Below the pieces are notes generated by a model. That model saw only the letters and a program-made list of their open reading frames with translations. It was not told the DNA's origin and made no database searches. DNA of 64,000 bases from Macrostomum lignano (lineage: Eukaryota): NCBI GenBank assembly GCA_002269645.1, contig NIVC01002754.1, positions 13,673 through 77,672 on the forward strand, given 5' to 3'. Shown piece after piece: positions 37,861 through 51,282 of the stretch. The number at the start of each line of letters is the position of its first letter. The first letter of the stretch is position 1. A program made the translations under genes and the position numbers.

Positions 37861-40800
37861 TAACTGCACTGTATTATCATAGTACAAAAACTTTATAAAT
37901 ATTTTAATTTCTTCTTTTGAGGCTTTATGTCCAACTGCAATTGGATTTTAGACAGATAATAGTCAGAGATAAAGTGAGAATACAATATCAACTTAGTGTT
38001 CTTATTTAATAAAGGTGTAGAATAGCTTAATACTTAACATATCCAACTCTTATAGTATAATATATCCAATTTCATGTTTTGAAGGTATCCAACCAATGTT
38101 TAAATTCAAACCTAGCAATGTTAACTAGGGGCTTATATGATAAAATTTGGCCTATAGCTTATGCCACTTCAGATAAAAATAGTTTTGGTTAACTATAAGT
38201 TAGCATTAGTGAATTTAAACACCAAAGGGATATTGTTTTTTTAGATTAGGCTTAGAGCAAGTTTTATTCTGGTTTATATAATGTCTTTAGTGACTCTTCT
38301 CTAGATTTTCTATTAATGTATTTATCTTTTTTGGGTTATTTTGATAAAATACTTGATTACTTTATCCTTTGTAGAAAGATATTGGCAATCTAGTGCCCCC
38401 CTCTGGGATGCCCAGTAAGCAAGGAGCAAAGAATATTCATGGAAATTCATTAAAAAGCACATGGCACTTTAGACAGGTCCTATTTTAAGAAAGGATCATT
38501 GGTATTATCCTCATATTTTGTAGGCTAATTTATGGTTTGCTAATCTAAACTGCAAATGCTATGTCTAATTGTCTCATTAGTTGAATTAGACTATTTCTTT
38601 TTTAAATGCTATATTCTAAGTTCCTAATAAATTCTTAGATCTTAAAACTTTCTAAGCTTTTAGCAGCCACTTTATTGACAGTTTCCTTTAGCCAATCATC
38701 ATCAAGTTGCTAAGTTTCATTAGACATCACTTTTTATGCTATTATATATAGGATTGCCTTTCTGGCATAAAAGGAGACCTTCTTGTTAACCATGGATGTT
38801 GCTAGCCTATATACCAATATTCCAATGGAGGCTAGCTTCAAATGTATATAGGTATTCAAGGAATATCACATTTACTAATGCCTACAATGTACATATCCAT
38901 CTGATTATATGTCTATACAAGTTAAACCTAAAGAGCAAAAACTTTATTCAAGTTCAATGACAAGTAATTTTTGTAAGTAAATGAAATTGCCATAGAGAAA
39001 TTGTTTTTACATAGCTATAAAGGCTTATAGCAAAAATAATAAAGGCTATTAGGAGCTAGAAAAGCCTGTAGACTAGTCTATTTTGCTAGAGTCAATATAT
39101 TTTACTTTGCTAGAATCTAAGAATATATCTAACCTTTTTTCTAGCTTAATCTTTTTAGAAATCTAGCTTTTCCCTAGCCTCAGACTTCTTTTAAAAGTTA
39201 TACTATTAGCCTTTGGTCCTTTTTTAAATATAGTCTCTGCTTTAGTTGCAATCTTTTAGAATCCTTTTATCCTTCTTAGACTCTAGCCTTTAATTAGACT
39301 CAATTAATCTAAGAATCTATCTTTTCCCTAGCTCTAATCCTTCTAGCAATTCAGCCATTCCTCTATCTGAACCCAATACTTTAAGGAATCTAGCTTCTCC
39401 CTTATTCCAATTTTTAGAAATCTAGCCATTCCTTTATCCTAATAATCCTCTAAGAATGCAGCCATTCCCCTATCCCAATCTTCTAGAGAATCTGACTTCT
39501 CTTTTATCCTAATTCTCTAAGGAATCTATCTTATCCCTCATCCTAATCCTCCAGGGAATCTGGCCTATCCTCCATTTTCCTTTAAAGAATCTGGCCTACT
39601 CTTCATTTTAGTCCTCTAGGGAATCTGGCCTATCCTTCATCACAATCCTCTAGATAATCTGGTCTTTCCTCCATTATAATCCTCTAGGGAATCTGGCCTA
39701 TCTCCTATCCTAATCCTCTAGGGAATCTGGCCTATCTCCTATCCTAATCCTCTAAGGAATCTGGCCTATCTCTTATCCTAATCCTCTAGGGAATCTGGCC
39801 TATCTCCTATCCTAATCCTTTAGGGAATCTGGCCTATCTCTTATCCTAATCCTCTAGGGAATCTGGCCTAGCTCCTATCCTAATCCTCTAGGGAATCTGG
39901 CCTAGCTCCTATTCTAATCCTCTAAGGAATCTGGCCTATCTCCCATCTTAATCCTTTAGGGAATCTAGCCTACCCTTTATCCCAATCCTCTAGGGAATCT
40001 AGCCTACCCCTCATCCTAATCCTCCAGGGAATCTTGACTACCCCCTATCCTAATCCTTCAAGGAGTCCAGCCTATTTCTTATCCCAATCCTCCAGGGAAT
40101 CCGGCCTACCCCCTATCCCAATCTTCTAAGAATCTAGCCTCTAATATGCTCACATCAACTATCCTTGGATCTAGCCTTTCAAGAATTTTTGCTTTGCTTT
40201 CAACAAATATTATTTAACTAGTTATTGTTTCTAGCTAATTCTATAGAGTAAAAATCTATTTACAGAAAAGCAGAAAACAGTTATTTATATATTATATTTT
40301 GCTTTGCAAGGCTACTTAAAGAAGTGTCTAAAGATACAAATCAATAGAGGCATACAGTGTAGCTCTTTAGTGTAAGGAAAACAAATGGCTTAAAAACAAA
40401 CTCTTATAACTCTCATAATCACTCAGGTAGTACTAGAAAATAGTAGGTCCTAGTACTGAGAAATTCCATAAGAATATCATCATAGGTTTTAAAAAGTTTT
40501 TATTACTTATCTATTTTATTATTAGCTAAAATCATTCATTAAGATATAATTTTTATTATACATTAATCATTATAGCCAGAGTGGCCAAAATTCTTGTTTT
40601 TTAATGCTTTTGTTAAAGTGTACCCAACAAAAAAGTTGATGTTGGGGTGTATCACAATATATACAATATTTTAAAAGATCTATCTATATATAACACTAAA
40701 CTGACAAAACATGCCATGAGTTTGTTTTTTTCAATAGATATTTAGGCCTAGCCTATGTGTGCTTGAGTTATATTGAATGTTTCTTTTTTATTTTTATTCT

Positions 40801-41494
40801 CTTTAGATGAACTAAAATAAAGTTTAGTGAGCATGGTAAATTGGTAATAAAGTGATTATTTTAAAAATGTCAACAATTAAATTTTACAAAAACTTTTTTA
40901 TAACCTAACAGTGGCTTGCAAAGTTATTTTTTAACTAAAAATTCAACCCTCATATTGGCTGAATTGCATAGAAAAAATTCTTATCTTGAAAGAGAAGACT
41001 TAAAAGCGCAAGCAAAGTTGTTAAATGTCCATAATGAAAAAAATGTCTTCTAAGATGGCCCACATGCCCCTCTGCAATCCATCCAACATTCTGAGATCAG
41101 CAGTATCTTTACTCAGTAATCTTTACTCATTTTAATGTAGGCCTACCTTGAGATATGCAGCGAGGTAAGGAGACAACATTGACAAGAGAAGACTAAAGAG
41201 CAGTGGCTTAGAGAAAGCCCAAGCAAAGGTGTGCTATGCAAATTTCATGGCTTGAAAAAGAGCTAGCTACTGCTGTTGCTACTGCTGCTGAGGCAGAAAC
41301 TTGTCACAACAGTCCTTATGCAAGCAGGAAGTTTGCTTCAATGGCTATAACAAGGAGTTTTTTATTTAACCCTATATGACAAAAGAAATCTAACATGTGT
41401 GCACTAAATCATTTTTATGCCAAGTTTAATATATCCCTATTCTCTTGGTCATGAGAATGAGAGTCACATCATGGAAAAGGAGGGGCTCATAAAG
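37861..41494. other. CpG-depleted, TpA-rich block lacking ORFs
   Basis: Manual scan finds only 3 CpG (~40102, ~41007, 41161) in ~3.6 kb; no ORF of 60 aa or more in 37.9-41.46 kb; CpG-rich sequence resumes abruptly at 41495. Confidence 0.85.
39100..40140. repeat. Degenerate 34-bp minisatellite (GAATCTGGCCTATCTCCTATCCTAATCCTCTAGG)n
   Basis: 34-bp period (e.g. GAATCT at 39723 and 39757); copies differ almost only by C/T and G/A. Confidence 0.9.
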
Positions 41495-42009
41495 CGGGCG
41501 CATGGGCCCGGAGATAGGCCACGCGAGAGCCCACGCACGCGCGGTTTTAATATGCACACGCACAAAAAATTAACAAAATGACAAGGGCCAGCAGAAAGAG
41601 AGGAGAGAGATAACGAATGAATTATAATTCTAAAGATGAGAGGCAAAGGTGGCAATCGAATCTCACTTTATCTCACCTAATCTCACTTTATCTCACCTAA
41701 TCTCACCCTATCCCACCGACGCGAATCTCACCCTATCTTATTTTAATGATCATATTATTGCGTTCAGCAATTTTCATGCTCTGTTTAAGGATTTATCAAA
41801 ACTTCGAGCCAATATTGAGGCAAGTTCCCCTCTAGTATAACAGCTAGTTAGTGCAGTACACGGTTCTTGTACTGGAGGCTGGTCCCCAGTAGTTGCAGTT
41901 GCAGTTTTGATCACCAAGACAAGAGAGCTGTTAGTTGGTATGGTATTGGTATTGGAACGTTAGGATTCCAATGTGAGTCACGCCAATTGCACCGCCTGTA
42001 GGCCAGCAG

Positions 42010-42500
42010 GCAGGTACTCCTGCATTTTGGCGCCACAGGCAGGTACTCATTTTGGCGCCACAGGCAGGCACTCATTTTGGCGCCGCATGCAGGCAGGCAC
42101 TCATTTTGGCGCCAAAGGCAGCTGCACTGATTCTGGCGCCGAAGGCAGCTGCACTCATTCTGGCGCCGAAGACAGCTGCACTCATTTTGGCGCCGCAGGC
42201 AGGGTACTCATTTTGGCGCCGAAGGCAGCTGCACTCATTTTGGCGCCGCAGGCAGCGGTACTCATTTTGGCGCCGAAGGCAGCTGCACTCATTTTGGCGC
42301 TGCAGGCAGGGTACTCATTTTGGCGCCGAAGGCAGCGGTACTCATTTTGGCGCGGCAGGCAGCGGTACTCATTTTGGCGCCGCAGGCAGCTGCACTCATT
42401 TTGGCGCCGAAGGCAGCTGCACTCATTCTGGCGCCGAAGGCAGCTGCACTCATTCTGGCGCCGAAGGCAGCTGCACTCATTTCGGCGCCGAAGGCACCAT
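42010..42500. repeat. ~27-bp minisatellite (GGCAGCTGCACTCATTTTGGCGCCGAA)n
   Basis: Direct reading. Confidence 0.93.
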
Positions 42501-43104
42501 ATTTAGGTAACCCCCTGAAGCAAAATTATTGATTTCCATAACTGGTTACAAGTTGAGGCCGGGGGGGGGACAAAGCATTAGCTTGTCCCCCCCAAAGCTT
42601 TTACTGCGGGGGGCATGTCACCTATTCGATTTCATCCAACGTGGGAAGCAGCCGCTTATCAGAAATGGCTGCAATTTGCGACCTCGTCGGATGAGAGGCC
42701 ATCGACAGTCGCATAACGCGTGCCCATACGTGTGTTTTAATTCGTGTTTAACTAATAACTTTCAAGGAATTGATTGGGCTGAATTCGTTAAACAATGAAA
42801 TTTACCAGCGAAGAGAATTAGCAACGGACTTAGCGATGCCCTGAGTAGGGCTAGAGAAGGTTGTTGTGCAAGCTCAGGTTAGTCTGCAGTCACAGGCATT
42901 CCAAACCACGAGCCCCGATGCTAAAAGGCGTGCGAAATGAAAAAACGGGCCCCAGGATGTTGGACCCCCACTGAGCGAATTCTGACACTGAGCGAGTGTT
43001 TAAAATTGACGTTATAATCGTGTTAATTCGTTCCATATTCATTTTCTATATTGACGTATGAAAGAAGTTATGTACAGTTAAATCTGGCTGAGCCCATTAA
43101 GCCC

Positions 43105-43720
43105 ATCACCCTCTCCTTCACCCTCTTCTTCACCCTCTACTCCACCCTCTCCTTCACCTTCTTCTTTGCACCCTTTTGTTCACCCTCTCCTTCACCCTCT
43201 CCTTCACCCTCTTCTTCACCCTCTAACCCACCCTCTCCTTCACCTTCTTCTTCACCCTTTTGTTCACCCTCGCCTTCACCCTCCCCTTCACCCTCTCCTT
43301 CACCCTCTTCTTCACTCTCTCATTCACTCTCTCCTTCACCCTCTCCTCCACCCTCCCCTTCACCCTCTTCTTCACCCTCTCATTCACCCTCTCCTCCACC
43401 CTCTCCTTCACCCTCTCCTTCACCCTCTCCTTCACCCTCTCCTTCACCCTCTTCTTCACTCTCTCATTCACTCTCTCCTTCACCCTCTACTCCACCCTCT
43501 CCTTCACCTTCTTCTTCACCCTTTTTTTTCACCCTCCCCTTCACCCTCCCCTTCACCCTCTCCTTCACCCTCTTCTTCACTCTCTCATTCACTCTCTCCT
43601 TCACCCTCTACTCCACCCTCTCCTTCACCTTCTTATTCACCCTTTCGTTCACCCTCTCCTTCACCCTCTCATTCACCTTCTCTTTCATTCTCTTGTTCAC
43701 CCTCTTATTCATCCTCTTCG
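43105..43720. repeat. CT-rich ~12-bp repeat (TCACCCTCTCCT)n
   Basis: Direct reading; short inverted counterpart at 25020-25120. Confidence 0.9.
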
Positions 43721-44267
43721 TCCCCTCAGTGGCGCCTCAACACACGCCACACTGGGACACCTTTGAAGCTGATAATGGCGACTTCTGAAAGAACAAGTAA
43801 CAGGCATGTCAATCTGGGTCACTTTGAATTGAAAATTACATTGCATGGTTCCCCCTACCAACAGGATAATTGCTTATTGTCACCCCGGAGGCTGACGATT
43901 GCGCCCTATTAGTCACCAGCAGTTGAGATTCCTGCGAAATGGCGACCTCCGATTGGATGGCGGAGCCCCCCCCCCCCCCTACAGGGCCGGGGCGGGTGTT
44001 GTGACAGCCGTACAAAAACTCAAGCCCATGCAGGCAAGCTCTCGGCAAGCTCACAGCGTTTTCTAAAACAAATTCAATTGGGTCAGTTAATAATACAAGG
44101 CACAGGGGTCAGCACGCGACACACAAGGTAAATCGAAGCCCTACTGCTGCAGATAAGACGCACCGAGCGATCGGTTGTTAAACTTGCAAGTTGACAGCTG
44201 ATTTATGGACTTCTGGTAAGTTAAGCTGGGCTGGATCTTTATCCGTTCATCTGTGATAGCGGGGATG

Positions 44268-44670
44268 CAGAGAGTGAGAGGGTAACATAGAGAGTGAGAG
44301 GGTAACACAGAGAGTGAGAGGGTAACACAGAGAGTGAGAGGGTAACACAGAGAGTGTGAGAGGGTAACACAGAGAATGAGAGGGTAATACAGGTGAGAGG
44401 GTGACACAGAGGGTGAGAGGGTAACACAGAGGGTGAGAGCCTGAGATGGTAACACAGAGGTGAGAGAAGGACAACACAAAGGGTGAGAGAAGGACAACAC
44501 AGAGGGTGAGAGAAGGACAACACAGAGGGTGAGAGAAGGACAACACAGAGGGTGAGAGGGTAACACAGAGGGTGAGAGGACAACACAGAGGGTGAGAGGG
44601 TGACACAGAGGGTGAGAGGGTAACACAGAGGGTGAGAGGGTGACACAGAGGGTGAGAGGGTGACACAAAT
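44268..44670. repeat. ~20-bp minisatellite (GAGGGTGAGAGGGTAACACA)n
   Basis: Inverted relative of 23890-24495. Confidence 0.93.
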
Positions 44671-44761
44671 GGTGAAAGATGGAGAAGAAAGGTCAGATAA
44701 GGACAGCCGCACAAATATTCAACAAGATTCGATTTTAAGAAACTGTCTCTGCCCCCCGCAG

Positions 44762-45548
44762 CCGTCCTCTTGAGACGCCGAGCCCCCCGGACGACGTGCG
44801 CCTCCTCCTGGACAGCGCCGGGGACGTCCAGTTGAGCCCGGCCGTCTGCCACGTCGCCCGCATCGACGGCGTCGACCTGCCGCTGATCTTCGCCGAGGCG
44901 GACCCGGGCACGCCGCGGGTGCCGCACTGGATGGCGGAGCTCAAACTGCTGTGGCGCTTCGCCCCCAGCAGCATCGCCGAGCAAGCTGGCGGCCCCTTCG
45001 CCATGCCGGCCGGCCTCGAGCCTTCGCCTGCCGACATCCGCGCCATCGACCTGGCCAACTGGCGACAGCTGTGCGAGTTCGGCCTGCCGCAGGTCGGCGG
45101 CAGCCTCGCCGACACCCGAGATTGCAGCCTGCTGCCGCTGCACCAGCTGGTGCGCTGCTACGAGTCCGCCCGCCTGCGGCACCTGGCTGGCCTCCTCCTC
45201 GCCTCCGAGCCGCCGGACTCCCTGCCGGGCGCTTCCGTAGAGCTGCTGCCGCTGACGCTGCCGAACTCTACTGAGGTCCTGTGCTCGATTCCCTGCGTGC
45301 ACCGGGCCGGATTGGGGCTGCTGCCGGTGAGTCACCTGACGGAGCTGCTGCCCTGGGGACCGTGGGGGCAGCTGGAGGCGCAGGGACTCGGCGTGGAGGC
45401 TACCATGGCCGAGGCTCGGGCGATCGAGCGGCACTCGAAGTGGCCGGGAGGGCCGCAGCGGCTGCTGTCGGTAGCTGCAGTTGTCAACCTGCTGGCGTGC
45501 TGCCGGCCCGTCGCTGCCATCAAGGAGCCCTGCAGACAGTTGGAAGAT
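44762..45548 (+). CDS. GC-rich coding exon of an uncharacterised protein with two apparently related domains
   Basis: Acceptor CCCCGCAG at 44761, donor GAT|GTGAGC at 45548/9; 262 open codons; strongly C/G-ending codons; motifs IDGVDLPLIF..ELKLLWRF..SPADIRAIDLAN and SIPCVHR..TMAEARAIE. Flanking exons not identified. Confidence 0.55.
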
Positions 45549-45629
45549 GTGAGCTGCTCTTTTGTACACCTGTGCCTGCTCATGCTGACGATGGTGCTTG
45601 GCATGGCGCCACTTCTGAAGTTTCAAGGC

Positions 45630-45825
45630 CTGATTTTGGCGCCGTATCTGAAATTTATGATTTTGGCGCCATATCTGAGATGTCTATATTTTGGTACCTG
45701 ATCTGAGATTTCTGTCTATGGCGCCATATCTGAGATGTCTATATTTTGGTACCTGATCTGAGATTTCTGTCTATGGCGCCATATCTGAGATGTCTATATT
45801 TTGGTACCTGATCTGAGATTTCTGA
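45630..45825. repeat. ~55-bp tandem repeat containing TTTTGGCGCCATATCTGAGATGTC
   Basis: ~3 copies; core is the reverse complement of the 23041-23742 unit. Confidence 0.85.
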
Positions 45826-46364
45826 AATCACTCAAGGCGTCACTTTGCATTCCGCTGGCTAATCCATTTTATCATCACTATCCCCATCATCCCATACTTG
45901 GTGGGCTTCTTAAGAGTCTCAATTCCCAAGAATTGCCTTGGAACCCTTGTAGATCAACTTTTCAACAGTGCTTGGGGCTGTCGAGCTCCCAAGCCTGTGA
46001 GATACGCATTGAAAATTGCTTTCTGCAATTCCATTATTTGGAATGAAGTCTGCTTACTGCCTGCCTGTGCTATGTGTCCAATCAAGATCTTTAGCATAAA
46101 TTTTTTAACGGAGCATCGAGTTCGCGTGCCCATGGACTTTCAGACTTTCAGACAGAATAAATTCAGTCAGTAATTCAGTAAAAATAATTGCGTTTAGATT
46201 ATTTTTAACTGAGCTGGGGAGATCTGCGCAGATCAGTACTTTGAATGAGGGAAATGTCCGTCCTTTGTGTCCAAACACTTTCTTGCCTCAAGAACAGATA
46301 AAGCAACCAACTCACGCTGTGGACCAGGTGAGAGTTGAGAGTAGAAAAGAGGAAAGAGGAGAGA

Positions 46365-46545
46365 AGAGGGCAGAGAGGAGAGAAGAGGGGAGAGAGGAGA
46401 GAAGAGGGTAGAGAGGAGGGAAGAGGGGAGAGAGGAGAGAAGAGGGTAGAGAGGAGGGTAGAGGGGAGAGAGGAGGGTAGAGAGGAGAGAAGAGGGTAGA
46501 GAGGATAGAAGAGGGGAGAGAGGAGAAAAGAGGGGAGAGAGGAGA
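46365..46545. repeat. GA-rich simple repeat (GGAGAGAAGAGGG-like)
   Basis: Direct reading. Confidence 0.9.
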
Positions 46546-47700
46546 GATCCAACAACAACAGAAACAAGAAAAACTCACTTGAATAGGTAAAAGTCAGTTA
46601 ACAAAAATTTCTTATTATAGATCTGATAAAATGTGACGTTGTGGTTTGTGCAGAGCCGGGATTGAGAGCTCAGGTGCGTCAGCACTCAGGCTCCGGCACG
46701 CCTTGGCTGGTGGGGCTGGGCAAATGACTGCGCCCCCCTATGCTTTGCTTCCCCGTTACTGCCTCAAGTTATGCCGAGATAAGAAATTCATGCATGGCAA
46801 ATAAACTTGACTCTCTGTCGCTCCTTCCTCTTACGAGCCTCTACTAGTCTTAAAACGCAGGAAATCGGCCACCCCGACAAAAAGTTTTTAACGAATCTAA
46901 AAAAATGGAGCAGTTTTCGTTGCCAGATCATTGACACTTGAGGCTTCCTCACACACTCCATTGACATCCGCTTGTGGTTACATTCGTTCTGTTTTATGAT
47001 CTATCACGGATGGCCACCCCCCCCCCCTAAGGCAGAGAAGGTCGTACATGTAAGTTTGGCGCAGAATGGACAAAATCGCCTCAGGGCTGATTTGTGTTGA
47101 ACGAAGTGTTGCGGTCGGGGAGCCCACAGGCCTCACCTCCCGAAATGATGGTCATTTTTGTAGCTTATGCCGTACAAGGGTCGAAATGGGGGGGTTGGGG
47201 TAATGTCTGTTTATTTCTGTGGTCTGCGGGTCTTGCACAGGCTGGGAGCGCGGAACTCGGAAAAACTGACTCACAAACCTGCAAGCTTTGAGCATGACTC
47301 ACCGCAGGGACGGCCCGTGTCTCGAAGATTTTCACGAATTTTGATCAGCCGTTGCCAGGGCATTTGAGTTCGAAGTTGAAATTTATGGGTTCAGTCTCAA
47401 CTTATTCGGGGCCTTTGTTTGCCTGCCCATGTCAGATTTCCGTGTGTGCACACAAGCGTAAGCGGGGTTCGGTCGCACACCTCTACCTAAACTCCTACAG
47501 TATTCAAATATCTGCCAAAGTGTGCAAACCTAATCTCTATTTAACTAAATTTTAACTAAAGGAAAGGGTTTCTCTGTGCTTTCCAAGCAGACTTAGAAGC
47601 TGAATGTTTGCGCTCGTCGTCATGTAATTAACAGATCCTGCCGCTCCAGGACTCCTTAGTCCTGATTTGCTAATGGTCCACTTCGGTCAACTAATATAAC

Positions 47701-47707
47701 TGTTGAC

Positions 47708-47750
<43 letters not shown>

Positions 47751-47805
47751 GTCTGTCTGTCTGTCTGTCTGTCTGGCTGTCTGTCTGTCTGTCTGTCTGT
47801 CTGCC
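47701..47805. repeat. (CTGT)n microsatellite
   Basis: Direct reading. Confidence 0.97.
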
Positions 47806-48382
47806 TGAAATAATATCAAAAACCTCTTACGCCACCCGCAGGTTGCCTCAGAAAAGCAGTCGCAGCCGCAGCTCTTGGGGAGCAGCAGGGCGCGCAAGGC
47901 CGCCGCCTATCCCAGGAAGCTTCGGGCGAAGCGCCGCAGGCAGTTGCTGCCCGCGGTGATAAGTGCGGTGCCAACCAGCTGTCAAACTGCAGTGCAGAGC
48001 CATGACTCGGCCGCGTGATGAAGCGGCATATGAAAGCTGACCTCTCATTTGCTATACCCTCCCTCTGCCTTGCTTTTACACTGTAGCTGCCGCTTGGCTG
48101 TTGATTTCCTGCCTGCCCTGACCTTTGTGTCAGTCTTTGCCCGCCTTGCAGCTTGGAAGTTTTTTAATATTGACTTTTCTATTTTTTCTTATGCTCGATT
48201 CTGCCAGAATCTGTTTACTTCAAAATAATATTTTTACTGTGTGACCACCACCGTATCTGCATTTGCATCTGTAATCTGCATCTGTAAATAAACTCTACAT
48301 CTGGAACTGTGGATTTGAGTGGGTTTGGACTGCCGAGAATCAATACCTAACTGAGCAGCTGTTGAACTCTTGAACTCTTGGA

Positions 48383-48438
48383 GATAGATAGATAGATAGA
48401 TAAATAGATGGATAGATAGATGGATAGATAGATAGATG

Positions 48439-48491
<53 letters not shown>

Positions 48492-48705
48492 ATAGATGGA
48501 TAGATAGATGGATAGATAGATAGATGATAGATAGATAGATGATAGATAGATAGATGATAGATAGATAGATGATAGATAGATAGATGATAGATAGATAGAT
48601 AGATGGATAGATAGATAGATAAATAGATGGATAGATAGATGGATAGATAGATAGATAGATAGATGATAGATAGATAGATGATAGATAGATAGATGATAGA
48701 TAGAT

Positions 48706-48773
<68 letters not shown>

Positions 48774-48778
48774 GATAT
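48383..48778. repeat. (GATA)n microsatellite
   Basis: Direct reading. Confidence 0.97.
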
Positions 48779-48956
48779 GCCGAATGCCAACGCAAAGCCA
48801 CGCTCGCAGAGTTGGTTTCTTTAAATGATAAGTCAAATCGAACTTATTTAAATTGACCGATATTTCGGCCAGAACTGGCCTTCTTCGGGGTTTATAATTG
48901 GGGGTATAAAAACAACGATTATTTTGGCAGTGAACTTATTTATCATAAATTTAATA

Positions 48957-49877
48957 TAGGATTTTTCGTTTGATTTCATAAAATTGTCATTTGATTTCGT
49001 CCATAGAAGTTGGCAGTGCGGCCGTAGAGTCTATGGCAATAAAGTGCGCTGTTTTCCAATCGAATTCATAACTTTGCCACTTCATTTCGACATACCCAGT
49101 AGAAAGGCAACAGAAAAGTCGATGCGCTTGTCCAGTACAGAAAGAACTGTTAAAAACAGAAAGCGGTGTATTTAAGTCACATGAGGAAGTAGGCAGTTGC
49201 AACAGTGAAATCAGTTATGTCCGCCAAAGTTAATGCTCGTTCGTTGCAACAAGCTACAAATTTCACATTATCTGCTGCTCATTGATGCACAGGGGCAGAA
49301 ACTGCATCACATGTCGTTCCCAGGCAAGGCACTTCGCGGCGGAAATTTCCTCTAGTGCAACGTAGCCGCAGCGGAAAAGCACCATGAGTCTCCACTGCGT
49401 TGGGTTGATGCCATCAGGCGGATAGCTGAGTTCCTGTTGAAGCTCAGGTGTTGCTAGCTGGCGTTTAAGCGAAGCCTTGAGACAACTGTGTGCCTGCTCC
49501 GCGGCGTTAAGAAATGGAGAGTACGGTGGCAGAGTTCGCAGTTGAATACGATTGGCCGCGTTTATACGTTTCCAATGGACGCGTATGCAGCCATTTTTAG
49601 GCACACAAGGAAGGTGACTGTTGCCCAAGAAGAGGACACGTTCATATAAGCTTTTCATTTATATGAGAGGTTTGGCCATATATATTCACCCACTGATATC
49701 CCAGCCCCCTCTGGCAGTGTTTGAGTCACTCCGCGCGTCAAGTCGAAATGAAGTGGCAAAGTTATGAATTCAATCGGAAAACAGCGCACTTTATTGCCAT
49801 AGACTCTATGGCCGCGCTGCCAACTTCTATGGACGAAATCAAATGACAATTTTTATGAAATCAAGCGAAAAATCCTA
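48957..49877 (-). mobile_element. Internally deleted IS630/Tc1/mariner-superfamily DNA transposon
   Basis: ~135-bp TIRs (48957-49091 vs 49742-49877; TAGGATTTTTCG...CGAAAAATCCTA) with TA on both flanks. Residual transposase C-terminus 49263-49658 with LPPYSPFLNAAEQ, the DDE_3-type LPPYSPxLNPIE motif. Confidence 0.88.
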
Positions 49878-50314
49878 TATTTATATACCAGCTTTGGAGG
49901 GGTGCGCTGAGCAGCGTTGTGTAAAGATGTGTACGGATAATTAGTTTAAAAAGTGAACTGAAGCACGCTGATTGGTTAAAGTTTTGTGGTTAAAGCCTTG
50001 CACAAAAAGTATGGATGTTGTTGCAGATTTAAAGAATAGAAGTGTATGACTAATTATCTTGAACAGTTCAACAAATAAGTTATTTACGCCCGTAGAAAAA
50101 ACAAATATTACTGTAAATTAATACAGAGCACTGAGAACTTTGCATAAAAAAAGTGTAAATAATTAGATGTAAATATTCAATACATATAAAGTAATTAAAG
50201 AAATTGAGTAGCCAGTCAGGCCACGAGTCGCAGTTGGCGGCGTCTGGTCACAAACCACCGTCGCCCAGGCCCTGGAAACAGGCGGCTGGGCACTGCCGAT
50301 CGGTTGTAGATTAA

Positions 50315-51282
<968 letters not shown>

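Noticed and set aside
42561-42593. G-run/C-run hairpin (G9ACAA-loop-TTGTC7)
   Set aside because: Resembles a bacterial terminator, but in a eukaryote it is more likely a MITE fragment or chance; no associated gene end.
46205-48380. Scattered exon-like pieces on the minus strand (RELVALSVLEARKCLDTKDGHFPHSKY; GC-rich 47830-48050)
   Set aside because: Could not be joined into a consistent model or assigned to a family.
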